In this document: positions 12,100 through 32,673 of the stretch, piece after piece | How positions within the stretch are numbered: the stretch's first letter is position 1 | Layout: each line of letters begins with the position of its first letter | DNA from: the human T2T-CHM13v2.0 reference genome, Homo sapiens | Length of the DNA stretch: 64,000 nt | Assembly (NCBI RefSeq): GCF_009914755.1 | Contig: NC_060929.1 | Reading direction: 5' to 3' (one strand) | Notes under the pieces: generated by a model | The model's input: only the letters and a program-made list of their open reading frames with translations | The model's database searches: none | What the model was told of the DNA's origin: nothing | Made by a program: the position numbers and the translations under genes

Positions 12100-12350
12100 A
12101 AGCTTTGGACTACTGTAGCAATTTTGCTGCCTTGAGGGAGTCCAGCCTGAGTGTGAGGCCAGCACTGGGAAAAACTGAGCCTGGAACATAGAGAAATGAG
12201 CCAGAGGACATGATTTCAATCTCTGGATTAAGCTATGCCTAGAGCCAGCCTTATCCCCAGACTTTTTGAGATGTGAGCTGTTGGATTTCTTTCTTGTGCA
12301 AGCCATTTTGAGCTGCATTTGCTATTATTTGGAGTAAAAAGATTCCTGGC
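12100..12350. mobile_element. Old MLT1 LTR fragment, possibly continuing 11555-11830 across the MIR
   Basis: tctctggattaagctatgcctagagccag...gactttttgagatgtgagc...aagccattttgagctgcatttgctattatttg. Confidence 0.5.
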
Positions 12351-12454
12351 TAGCTCACTGTTCTTTGGTGGCAAGGGAACAAACAACTCTTTCAGTTCCT
12401 ATTGCATGCCAGCATAAACATCTGCAACCAAGTCATCTGCTACTCTCTGTGTCA

Positions 12455-12660
12455 GTTGGTTCTGCATGTACTATATTATTTAATCTTCATTATCACTTTT
12501 AAGATAGATATCAATGATAGTAATTATCCCTTTTGTATGAATGTGGAAGCTGAAGCTTCAAGAGATTAAGTGGTCTGTCTAAGGTTTTATGGCTAGTCAT
12601 GGATGAAATTGAACCCTTGACCCTGATTCCCTGACACCAAGGTCTGTGTTCTTTTCACCA
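12455..12660 (-). mobile_element. MIR
   Basis: atttaatcttcat...attatccctttt...gaagctgaagcttcaagagattaagtggtctgtctaagg. Confidence 0.65.
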
Positions 12661-13950
12661 TGCTCTTTACTTCTTTCCATGGGAGAGGAACAGATAGGGC
12701 CCCAAAGGGTAAGTGCTCCATATATTTGGATGCTTAGAAAACATGGAGTGAAATTCAGTCCTTCCTAATTTCAATACAGCCTCAGTATCATGCAATAAAA
12801 CTATCCTAGGGACAAGTGCTCATTAGCAACCAAATGTTTAGAGAATCAATAATCTAATTTTGAAAAAGAGAATTAATGCCATACTTAAATTTTAAGGCTG
12901 TAGATCTCATTTTCTTAGAGCTACTTTAAACCAGCTGAACATTAAAAATAGAAAGGATCATGAAATTAGTGTGCAGAGGTGTGTGGGTTTTTACTTTTCT
13001 TTTTCCCTTTCCTACTTTGTAACCGCAGGCTCTAGATGGGTGGCAATCCTAATTAGGAAATCATTTCCTTTAAATTAATTGTAGATGGCCGTAGTCACAC
13101 TAAAGGCTCTAATCCACAGCTCAATATTAGTACCTTGGGCCCAAATTTTATGTTGGCAAATGTTCCTGTGGTGAATTGTGATTGTCCTGTTTTTAATAGT
13201 TATTTCCCTCCTGCTCTCTGCAGAATTAACCTTTTATGAATCCACTTATAAACTGTTAGCAAGAATTTTAATTGTGAAGAAAATTATATGGATTCTGGGC
13301 TATTTCCTGACACCTGCTCTGCAGATGAGGTTCTCCACATAATGATGTGGGCCCCGACTTGATCTCAAGGCTGTCACCCACACAGTGGGTTGAAGGCTGC
13401 TAGTTATAAGGATGGAAGCTTGTCATAATTCTAACCCTTTCATGAAAGATCTCCAGGTTTTCTGCCACTGCTGTTTTGCAATTCACTATTCCTGATGTCA
13501 CTTGTAGTGTTCATTTTTGCAAAAGCACAAGTTGCAAAATATTCTTTGTTAGAACAAATTCTTTTTCCCATAATTAACCCTAATTAAGAAAAGATTACTA
13601 ATTAAAAGTTGCTTTCTGAAATGCAAACATCATGAAAGGAAACAAATAATTTTTAAAGTAATAACTTAAAGAGAAATATTGATAGATGCATCTTTTCAGG
13701 GGTGTATCATTAATTCTCCTTTCAGCATACTTTTTTTCTGATGATATTTGGTGTTAATTTTGTCTATGTAGTTTAAAATAATTGATTTTGTATAAAAAGG
13801 CAACGGGAGAAGAACTCTGTCTCTGAGGTCTCTTGGGGGTATTTATTTGAAGATAAACTGGATTATACTTTTAGGAACTATTTAATATATACTTTTTGAC
13901 ATAATCAGGAATCTTTAGTGTAAACCAGTGAAGTTGTGTTTTTCTTCCTC

Positions 13951-14244
13951 TTTTTTTTTTTTTGAGACGGAGTTTTGCTCTTGTTGCCTGGGCTGTAGTG
14001 TAATGGCGCAATCTCGGCTCACTCCAACCTCTACCCTCCAGGTTCAAGTGATTCTCCTGCCTCAGCCCCCTGAGTAGCTGGATTTACAGGTGCTCACCAC
14101 CACGCCTGGCTAATTTTTTGTATTTTTAGCAGAGATGGGTTTTCACCATGTTGGCCAGGCTGGTCTCAAACTCCTGACTGGTGATCCACCTGCCTTGGCC
14201 TCCCAAAGTGCTGAGATTACAGGCATGAGCCACCGTGCCCAGAC
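13951..14244 (-). mobile_element. AluSq-like
   Basis: Reverse Alu with Sq/Sp diagnostics (gctcttgttgcc, aatggcgc). Degenerate TSD gtgaagtt(g/t)tgt at ~13928 and ~14249. Confidence 0.93.
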
Positions 14245-14535
14245 ATGGGTGAAGTTTTGTCAGGTAGAATTTGTATGGAAACTTGTTGGAGTGGGTTCAT
14301 GGGATACTTTATACTTTTTCTTTTTTTTATTATTATACTTTAAGTTTTAGGGTACATGTGCACAATGTGCAGGTTAGTTACATATGTATACATGTGCCAT
14401 GCTGGTGCACTGCACCCACTAACTCATCATCTAGCATTAGGTATATCTCCCAATGCTATCCCTCCCCCTCCCCCCACCCCACAGCAGTCCCCAGAGTGTG
14501 ATGTTCCCCTTCCTGTGTCCATGTGTTCTCGTTGT

Positions 14536-18194
<3,659 letters not shown>

Positions 18195-18242
18195 TTATTT
18201 TGCTCATTAGTTGATGCAGTTTCTTCCTAGTCTCGATGGTCT

Positions 18243-19254
18243 TTACATTTTGACATGATTTTGCAGCGGCTGTTACCGGTTGTTCCTTTCCATATTGAGT
18301 GCTTCCTTCAGGAGCTCTTTTAGGGCAGGCCTGGTGGTGACAAAATCTCTGAGCATTTGCTTGTCTGTAAAGTATTTTATTTCTCCTTCAGTTATGAAGC
18401 TTAGTTTGGCTGGATATGAAATTCTGGGTTGAAAATTCTTTAAGAATGTTGAATATTGGCCCCCACTCTCTTCTAGCTTGTAGAGTTTCTGCCGAGAGAT
18501 CCGCTGTTAGTCTGATGGGCTTCCCTTTGTGGGTAACCCGACCTTTCTCTCTGGCTCCCCTTAACATTTTTTCCTTCATTTCAACTTTGGTGAATCTGAC
18601 AATTATGTGTCTTGGATTTGCTCTTCTTGAGGAGTATCTTTGTGGCGTTCTCTGTATTTCCTGAATCTGAACGTTGGCCTGCCTTGCTAGATTGGGGAAG
18701 TTCTCCTGGCTAATATCCTGCAGAGCGTTTTCCAACTTGGTTCCATTCTCCCCGTCACTTTCAGGTACACCAATCAGACGTAGATTTGGTCTTTTCACAT
18801 AGTCCCATATTTCCTGGAGGCTTTGTTCATTTCTTTTTATTCCTTTTTCTCTAAACTTCGCTTCTCGCTTCATTTCATTCATTTCATCTTCCATTGCTGA
18901 TACCCTTTCTTCCAGTTGATCGAATCAGCTCCTGAGGCTTCTGCATTCTTCACGTATTTCTCAAGCCTTGGCTTTCAGCTCCATCAGCTCCTTTAAGCAC
19001 TTCTCTGTCTTGGTTATTCTAGTTATACATTCTTCTAAATTTTTTTCAAAGTTTTCAACTTCTTTGCCTTTGGTTTGAATTTCCTCCTATAGCTCGGAGT
19101 AGTTTGATCATCTGAAGCCTTCTTCTCTCAGCTCATCAAAGTCATTCTCCATCCAGCTTTGTTCCGTTGCTGGTGAGGAACTGCGTTCCTTTGGAGGAGG
19201 AGAGGCGCTCTGCTTTTTAGAGTTTCCAGTTTTTCTGTTCTGTTTTTTCCCCAT
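18243..19254 (-). pseudogene. L1 ORF1p, disrupted
   Basis: ATG at 19254 (atggggaaaaaacag) and ...RNEQSLQEIWDYVKRPNLRLIGVPE... Premature stops at ~19088 and ~18961, and a 5-bp deletion near 18440. Confidence 0.93.
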
Positions 19255-22200
19255 CTTTGTGGTTTTATCTACTTTTGGTGTTTGATGATGGTGATGTACA
19301 GATGGGCTTTTGGTGTGGATGTCCTTTCTGTTTGTTAGTTTTCCTTCTAACAGACAGGACCCTCAGCTGCAGGTCTGTTGGAGTTTGCTAGAGGTCCACT
19401 CCAGACCCTGTTTGCCTGGGTATCAGCAGCGGTGTCTGCAGAACAGCGGTTTTTCATGAACCGCGAATGCTGCTGTCTGATTGTTCCTCTGGAAGTTTTG
19501 TCTCAGAGGAGTACCCGGCCATGTGAGACATCAGTCTGCCCCCACTGGGGGGTGCCTCCCAGTTAGGCTGTTCGGGGGTCAGCGGTCAGGGACCCACTTG
19601 AGGAGGCAGTCTGCCCGTTCTCAGATCTCCAGCTGCGTGCTGGGAGAACCACTGCTCCCTTCAAAGCTCAGATGGAAATGCAGAAATCACCCATCTTCTG
19701 CGTCGCTCACACTGGGAGCTGTAGACCGGAGTTGTTCCTATTCAGCCATCTTGGCTCCTCCCTCCTTTTTTTTTTCTTTTAGATTTAGGACAAACAATGT
19801 TACTTCACAGTGAAGCCTCAAGAAGAGGGAGACCTACAGCCTCAGGAATTGTAGGCCCTTTTCCTTGTCCTTTGCAGTTTAAACCTGGGAGATTGTACCC
19901 TGGTTGAAGTATCATGTTTAGGATGCAATTTCAAAGCAAATAAAAATAGCATGCTTTTATCATAACCTACCATGTTTGTTCACCAAAATCCAGTTTATGG
20001 TTCAAACTGTACAGAAAGGTCTTTGGACAACACCTCAGGAAATGTAACCAAAGGTAGATTTGTTAAGTCATGCTCCCTGTGCTCTGTGAGCATGCCATAT
20101 CCAGGTCAACTCCTCTCTCCACCAAGTACCTAACACTTATAACTGTCTGCATCTCTGTAATCTGGGCCTTATGCCTCATACCAAGAAGTGATGCAGGTGG
20201 GATAGTCAGATGGTCTTTACAAGACAGCGGATTGGTTGATCCACCATGGCTTACTTTGATGCCTCCACCTTCCATTCTGGTAGAAATGGCATATCTATAG
20301 ACCAGGGACAGGGCGTGGGAGGGTGTATAACAGTTTATCTCCTCCCTCAGCCAGGCAAATGTTACAAAGAATTCCTAAGATTATTCCATTACTTATTGAC
20401 ATTCAGATAATATAACCTACTGTGGACAGAATCCACATTGTGATGGGTGCTTCTAGTCTGGCTGACACTTTTTCCTCTGGCTTGTCTGTAGGGATGGTGA
20501 CACATTTCTAGCCTTTTGAGGAGCTGCACATGTTCACCATATCAATTGCTGACAGATTCTCCATGGAGTATCTCCTTCATCTTCTTTTAATCCCTTTTCC
20601 ATCCCCTCTATCCCAAGTATCTGCCTCCTCGCCTATTACATTCTCTGGCCTTGGGTTCAGTCATTCTCTACACCAGGTAGAGAATGGGGGGATGCACAGC
20701 TGGGGAAATCTGACCTGAGGCTTCAATATCCTTCTAAAAATCATACTTTTCACACTATGAAGGTCACATCTTCGCAGACTGTTCTTCAGCAACTCCCAGG
20801 TGGCTTTAGCACAACAGTATATATCTCTGTACATGTCCAATTAGCAGTGAACATCTTTGCATGTTTCTACTGCTATCCTGTAAATGTTTCTATCTATTTT
20901 CATTTGTAACTGTCCCGTTCTCTTGCCTGTGTATTGTATTCCCCCCATTAGATTTCACACTCTTAAAAGGAAGGGACCATATCTTCTATTTCATTTTAAT
21001 TCCCTAAATTGTCTACAAACAGTGCTTCCTGGGTGCTTTTGACTGCCTGATATGCCTTAGCAGATAGCTTTGATTCTGCTGGTGCCCTGGGCTTTCACAG
21101 GAAGCTTGTTGCATGGAGGTGCCCCCTTTGACCTTGAGCAAAACTCTAAAGCTGCGTGTTTAGCTCTCATCATAAAAATGCTGCTTCCAAGGAGTTTTGA
21201 CCCAACACAAACTCAGCAATCAAACCACAAATTTGACCCCTCTGTCAATAGTGAGGACAAAGGGACTAAAAGTCACACTTTGGACATTGGTTTTCTAGCT
21301 CTGGAGAAATCGCATGTAATGAATTGTTCTGTTGACATAGAGTCAACCACTCTTCTCCTCTGAGAACAGTTTGCCTGACAGGCTTAGGATGAGTTTTTTT
21401 TTAATCCCTTTCTTGTATTTTAAAAAACAAGGCTATCTTCAGAATAATGATACCAAAATAATACTAGGCTTGTGAATGAGCATAATGAATGTAGAGAAAA
21501 TTACGGACAATTAGGGCTGAAATGTCATCCGTCTTTCTAGGCACAGCATTGCCTTTCCTAAACTGCTTTCTGCCCCCTCCATCCTGTTCAGGTTTTTTGA
21601 GGACATTTAGACATGTGGTCATTTTAGCTTTTGTTAAGTTTTTTACCTGATATTTGTTGAGGAATTTGTTGTTTGCTCTTTTAGCATTAAGACCCCTTTC
21701 ATATATTAAGATTTTCTATGAGGATATGAATGATCCCATGGAGGACAATGTTTCAAAAGCTCCTAAATTGACAGAGAGTGATGACTTTGGGTAAACCAGT
21801 AAAGCAAAGGAAGCAAAATTCAGCCTAGGGTTTGGGGAAAATTGGCATTCAAAGCTGGTAAAGAAATTGGAGGTCATTAGATCAGGCACTTAAGAAACCC
21901 TCATGGGTTACCGGTAGTGCCAAATGATGAGTAATATAGGTCAGGAGACAAATGCCATCATGTTTGAATGATGATGGGGGATGTAGGGTCAGATACTTTT
22001 ATTTTGACTGATTATGCTTTGTAACCAAAGTGGTAAATGATGGGCTTCATTGGTTATCAGTTAAACGCTGTCTAAGAAATTTGGAAATCATGTTCCTTTA
22101 ACTCTCACTTTGTCTTTAGATTAGGCTCCTTAGCTTTATTGGCTGTTAATTCAGTGAAAAATGATGGATACCCAAAGTTTTAATTTTCCTATTTCTTTAG

Positions 22201-23291
22201 AAGAATATTGCCTTATTTCTATAACTCACTTCCAATTTCTCCTTTTCATTTCTGTATAAGTAGCTCTGCCTTGCTTAAGTATAATCTTAAGGGGAAATTC
22301 AGCATGTATTTATCAGAATAATTTTCCCCAGTAAGGAAGAAATTCACACTTCCTCCATGCTATCCTAGACCAGAGAGAAGTCCCTTAATACACTAATCAT
22401 GAATCTACTTTAAACCTCATAGCTTTTTTTCTTAATGTATGCTGATACTCTTTGACTTACCTAAAATTATTTTTTTGTTTCCATGCCCTTATCTGCTTTG
22501 ACATGGAGACCTGTGCTTGTGATTTCTTTTAATACCCCAAATGTTTGAAATCATACTGAGAGTCTTTACAATTTAACAGACAGAGAAGTATAATGTATTT
22601 ATGCTGTACCTATAGGTATTCAGGCCTGTCTTACAAAGAAAATTAATTCATCTCTAAGACTCAGGGCTTCCCAACTGTGTCAAAGTCGTGCATTCATACG
22701 TATTGATGTGAATATGTACATATACGTACAGGGCTTAAGAAATAGAGTGCCCTGTGCATTGCTGCAGCTGGGATCAGGGACTAGTGAAATGCAGCTGGGA
22801 ATTCTTTTCAGCTTGTAATGGGCTTCACTCCAAGCTTCAACCATCACACTGCCTGTTTAAAAGCACTTATTCAACTCTCAGGGAATGTACAAATTCCTGC
22901 AGAGAATTGTGGGGAAGGAAGGCACAATCCTGCCTGCCGAGGTCTAGAGGGCATGAGCCAGCCTCTCCTAAGGGATGAGTTCAAGCAGAGAGAAAACAGT
23001 TGAGCATTTCCTTCATTTGTCCCTCATTTACCCTCTGGCAGTAACTAAAGTCGAGACCAAAAGTTGATTGAAAGGAGAGGGAGGTAGTTTTGATTATTTG
23101 GTTAAAGCCTTCCCAAATCTTTTCTACTGCCTTCCCGTTGTAAAGAAAAGATTCAACCAAGAGAAGGCAGTCAAGTTAGCTTGAAACATTTTCTGCTAAG
23201 GGAAGAACTTCCAAAGACAGTGAGAGTTAAGTAAACCCCATGCTAAAATTGAAGCACAAAACTTGAGGCTTTTGAGCTAACACCTGTTCTT

Positions 23292-23527
23292 TTTTTTTAT
23301 TATTATACTTTAAGTCCTAGGGTGCATGTGCACAACCTGCAGGTTTGATACATAGGTATACATGTGCCATGTTGGTTTGCTGCACCCATCAACTCATCAT
23401 TTACATTAGGTATTTCTCCTAATGGTATCCCTCCCGCAGTCCCCCACCTCCCCACGGGCCCCGGGGTGTGATGTTCCCCGCCCTGTGTCCAAGTGATTTC
23501 ATTGTTCAATTCCCACCTATGAGTGAG
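23292..23527 (-). mobile_element. Severely 5'-truncated L1PA (PA5-7-like) 3' end
   Basis: L1 3'UTR only. 16-bp TSD gctaacacct(g/a)ttctt at 23276-23291 and 23528-23543, with a TT/AAGA endonuclease site. Confidence 0.93.
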
Positions 23528-24204
23528 GCTAACACCTATTCTTAAGAAGGCAAGATGTACTTGCTATAGCAAAAGATTCATCCACAAAATGTCCTCCCCC
23601 CTCCCTTATATATTTGGTTTAATCATAAAAGTATATGTCAAAAATAATTTATGAATGTTAATTTTTTCTCTGGGTGCTACAGCTTCTATCTGCCGAAGTT
23701 TCTCTTCTTTTCTGTCCATGCCTGAAGACACTGGTCAGCATACATTTACCAGCTTTTTAGGAAACAGCAGCCAAATTGGGCAGTAGGCATGTGTATATAA
23801 ACATAAAATTTAAGTATTATTGTCAGCACTAAAGTTTGAAAGGATGAGAAACTGGCTCCGTGCTCTGTCATGACTTGGAATTGTTCTGTTGATGCATAAA
23901 CTTTTGTTGGAGGAAAATTGGTCCTCTGACAATAATTCTGAACGTTAATTTTAAGTGCTCTCCCATAGATTTATTTAACTTCTGAAAATATCATGCTTCA
24001 AGTTAATAGTCCATTTGTTTGAATAGAAGGGATGCAAACACAGTGAGCACAGTACTCTCAGTTCAGGGACAGGAGCTCTGGGTCCCCTGTTTAGATTATA
24101 CCGGGAATGGAGAGAAGGATACAGCAGACATCACTGTCAGTGTTCCTGCCCCCAGAGAAACAGAGAAATATGAGTGTGTGAATCAAGATAAATGACAACA
24201 TTTT

Positions 24205-24360
24205 TTAAAACATAAAAGAATTAGTAGTTACCATGGATTGGGGGAGGGAGGGATGAGTAAGTGAAGCACAGGATTTTTAGGGCAATGTAACTACTCTGTA
24301 ATGGTGGATACATATACATGTCATTGCCCTAAAAATGACATTTACGCAAACCCATACCTA
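24205..24360 (+). mobile_element. L1MC-like 3'UTR fragment
   Basis: gggagggatgagtaagtgaagcacaggatttttagggcaatgtaactactctgtaatggtggatacat. Confidence 0.6.
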
Positions 24361-24399
24361 CTACCTACTACCATACCAAATACCTACTATATTTAATAA

Positions 24400-24960
24400 A
24401 AATATATCTTGAAAATCATCCCAAATCAGTAGATTAAACAGTCCCCCTATGCTTTTTAATGCTTCTTAGTGTTCTATTGTATGGATATAGCATATAATGG
24501 TGCTATTATACAGACATTTTTTGATCTTACCAATAATCTTGCAGCAGTAACCTTGTACATTTCTGTAGGTTAAATTTCCAGAAGGTGAATTGCTGGATAA
24601 AATGTTATGTGCATTGTAATTTTGTGAGATATTGACAAATTGTCTTCCAAAGAGGTTATGTCAATTTACACTCCTATCAGTAATGTACAAGAGTGCATGT
24701 TTCCTCACATTCTGTATAATATTTGGATCTTTTCCAATCCAATAGATAAAAATGATAAATCAGATTAATTTTAATTTGCTTTTATTTTATTGTCAGTGAA
24801 GATGAATATTTTTAACCTTTTAAAAGAGCTATTTGTATGCCCTTTTATATGAGTTGTTCATACAGAAATTTTGACTCAATTTTTATTATTTTGACTCTTT
24901 TTAGTTTGAAGGAGCTCTTTGTAGAAAGAGGTATTATATATACGGCAAATAGTTTTCCTA
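24400..24960 (-). mobile_element. L1ME-like fragment
   Basis: gaattgctggataaaatg...acaaattgtcttccaaagaggttatgtcaatttacactcctatcagtaatgtacaagagtgc. Confidence 0.7.
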
Positions 24961-25424
24961 CACTCGGCTTAGTGTGGGCCTAAATATTTTTGAGGCCTAA
25001 ACTTAGCTTACTCTCTAGTGTGGAATTGAGGTCTTAAGTACTGGTTCAAGTGGTGTGTAGAATTCAGAACTGCTTCCTGAGAAATATCTTACTTGGATTT
25101 CAATACCCCTGCCCTACCATATTAAGGAGAATATGCCTTATTTTCCTTATGTTCTTACCCCTTACTTATCTACATGGTTTCCAAAGCCAGTGAATTAGCA
25201 GCTACAACATCATTTCATTTCCATGCCCTCTTCAGGGAGTAGACTCTCTGTGCACAAAAAACCATCTTCCACGGAGAGCTGTTTGAAGGCAGTGTCTTCC
25301 AGGTGAATGAGGCGCTCTCTCTCTCTCTCACCCACCCCGCCCACCAACCACACACACACCCTGGAGTGCTGGAATAAAAAGTTTGTGCATTACTTTCCTA
25401 CAAAACAAGGTTGGTTCCTATAAT

Positions 25425-26055
25425 TATTTTTATTATTATACTTTAAGTTCTGGGATACATGTGCAGAACATGCAGGTTTGTTACATAGGTATACACGTGT
25501 CACGGTGGTTTGCTGCACCCATCAACCTGTCATCTACATTAGGTATTTCTCCTAGTGCTATCCCTCCCCTAGCCCCACACCCCCCGACAGGCCCCAGTAT
25601 GTAATGTTCCCCCCCCCGTGTACATGTGTTCTCATTGTTCAACTCCCACTTATGAGTGAGAACATGTGGTGTCTGGTTTTCTGTTCTTGTGTTAGTTTGC
25701 TGAGAATGATGGTTTCCAGCATCATCCATGTCCCTGCAAAGGACATGAACTCATCCTTTTTTATGGCTGCATAGTATTCCATGGTGTATTTGTGCCACAT
25801 TTTCTTTATCCAGTCTATCACTGATGGGCATTTGGGTTGGTTCCAAGTCTTTGCTATTGTGAACAGTGCTGCAATAAACATACGTGTGCATGTGTCTTTA
25901 TAGTAGAATGATTTATAATTCTTTGGGTATATACCCAGTAATGGGATTGCTGGGTCAAATGGTATTTCTAGTTCTAGATCCTTAAGGAATTGCCATACTG
26001 TCTTCCACAATGGTTGAAGTAATTTACACTCCCATAAACAGTGTAAAAGCGTTCC
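25425..26055 (-). mobile_element. 5'-truncated L1PA7-like
   Basis: tatactttaagttctgggatacatgtgcagaac...; ORF2 C-terminus (EIPFDPAIPLLGIYPK...HMFSLISGS). Confidence 0.92.
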
Positions 26056-26571
26056 AGTTCCTAGAAAATTTGACTGAAGAGCTAGTGTTGTCCTGGGCTT
26101 TTTGAGGTGAGATTTTGTCATTTCTTCACCTTCCCACTTTGTGGAGCTTATTGAGGAAAAACATATCTTCAAAGCTTTGTATACTCATTGTTCTACATGT
26201 TGCTGGGCATATAGTTGGTATTTAATAAATGTTTGTGAAAGTAAAGGAGAAATTAAGTTTAAGATTTTTTCAGTTACCCAGGAATATCATGAACATCCTA
26301 TAACTGTTTTTGTCATATTATACTACATTTAATCACACAACTGGAAAGCCTGTTATGAAAACAAACTTCTCTTTAAAAATTACTAAATAAATATCCCATG
26401 AAAAGGACATTAAAGTATACACAAACTGGACCCGTAACTGTGTTGTATATTCCATTCTACTCCGTGTATGTATCTACCTATTTTATCTCTTTTTCATCTC
26501 TTTGTGATTCATCTCTATAGAAAGAAATCGAATCAGTGTGGTAGAAACGGTTTTAGAAATAGAAAGAGAGA

Positions 26572-32265
<5,694 letters not shown>

Positions 32266-32673
32266 GACGAAGAGATGGGAGTGGAAAGAGAGATGGGGTT
32301 AGGGAGAAAGGAAAGGTGAAAGACGAGAGATAAAGAAAAGGGAACAAAAGTCCAAAGTAAGGATTAGTTCTATGTGATATGCCCTTATTAGTTAAAAAGT
32401 TGAAAATAATATTTATAAAATTTAAAAAATAGGAATCGGTCCTTCAGACATAGCTCAGGGAGGGGATGAAGAGAATAGGAGAGTGTAGGAAAGAAGTCCT
32501 GACCTTTACTACATAGCCCTGACCTGTAGAAAGAGGGCCCAAACCAACTACAAAGATCATATATTATTAAAGCCAGTTCCACCAGCACCCATTTAATTAT
32601 GGCTCCACAGCCCCTTCCCATTTCATTAATTTAGTAAAAGTTCACTAGATACTTTTGTGCAAGATATGGTGTT

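Noticed and set aside
13338-13500. Possible C/D box snoRNA (atgatg...ctga)
   Set aside because: The C box is imperfect, there is no terminal stem, and I recognise no rRNA/snRNA guide.
21685-21790. Protein-like short frame (IFYEDMNDPMEDNVSKAPKLTESDDFG) as a coding exon
   Set aside because: The donor is weak (tgg|gtaaac), I recognise no homology, and there are no partner coding exons.
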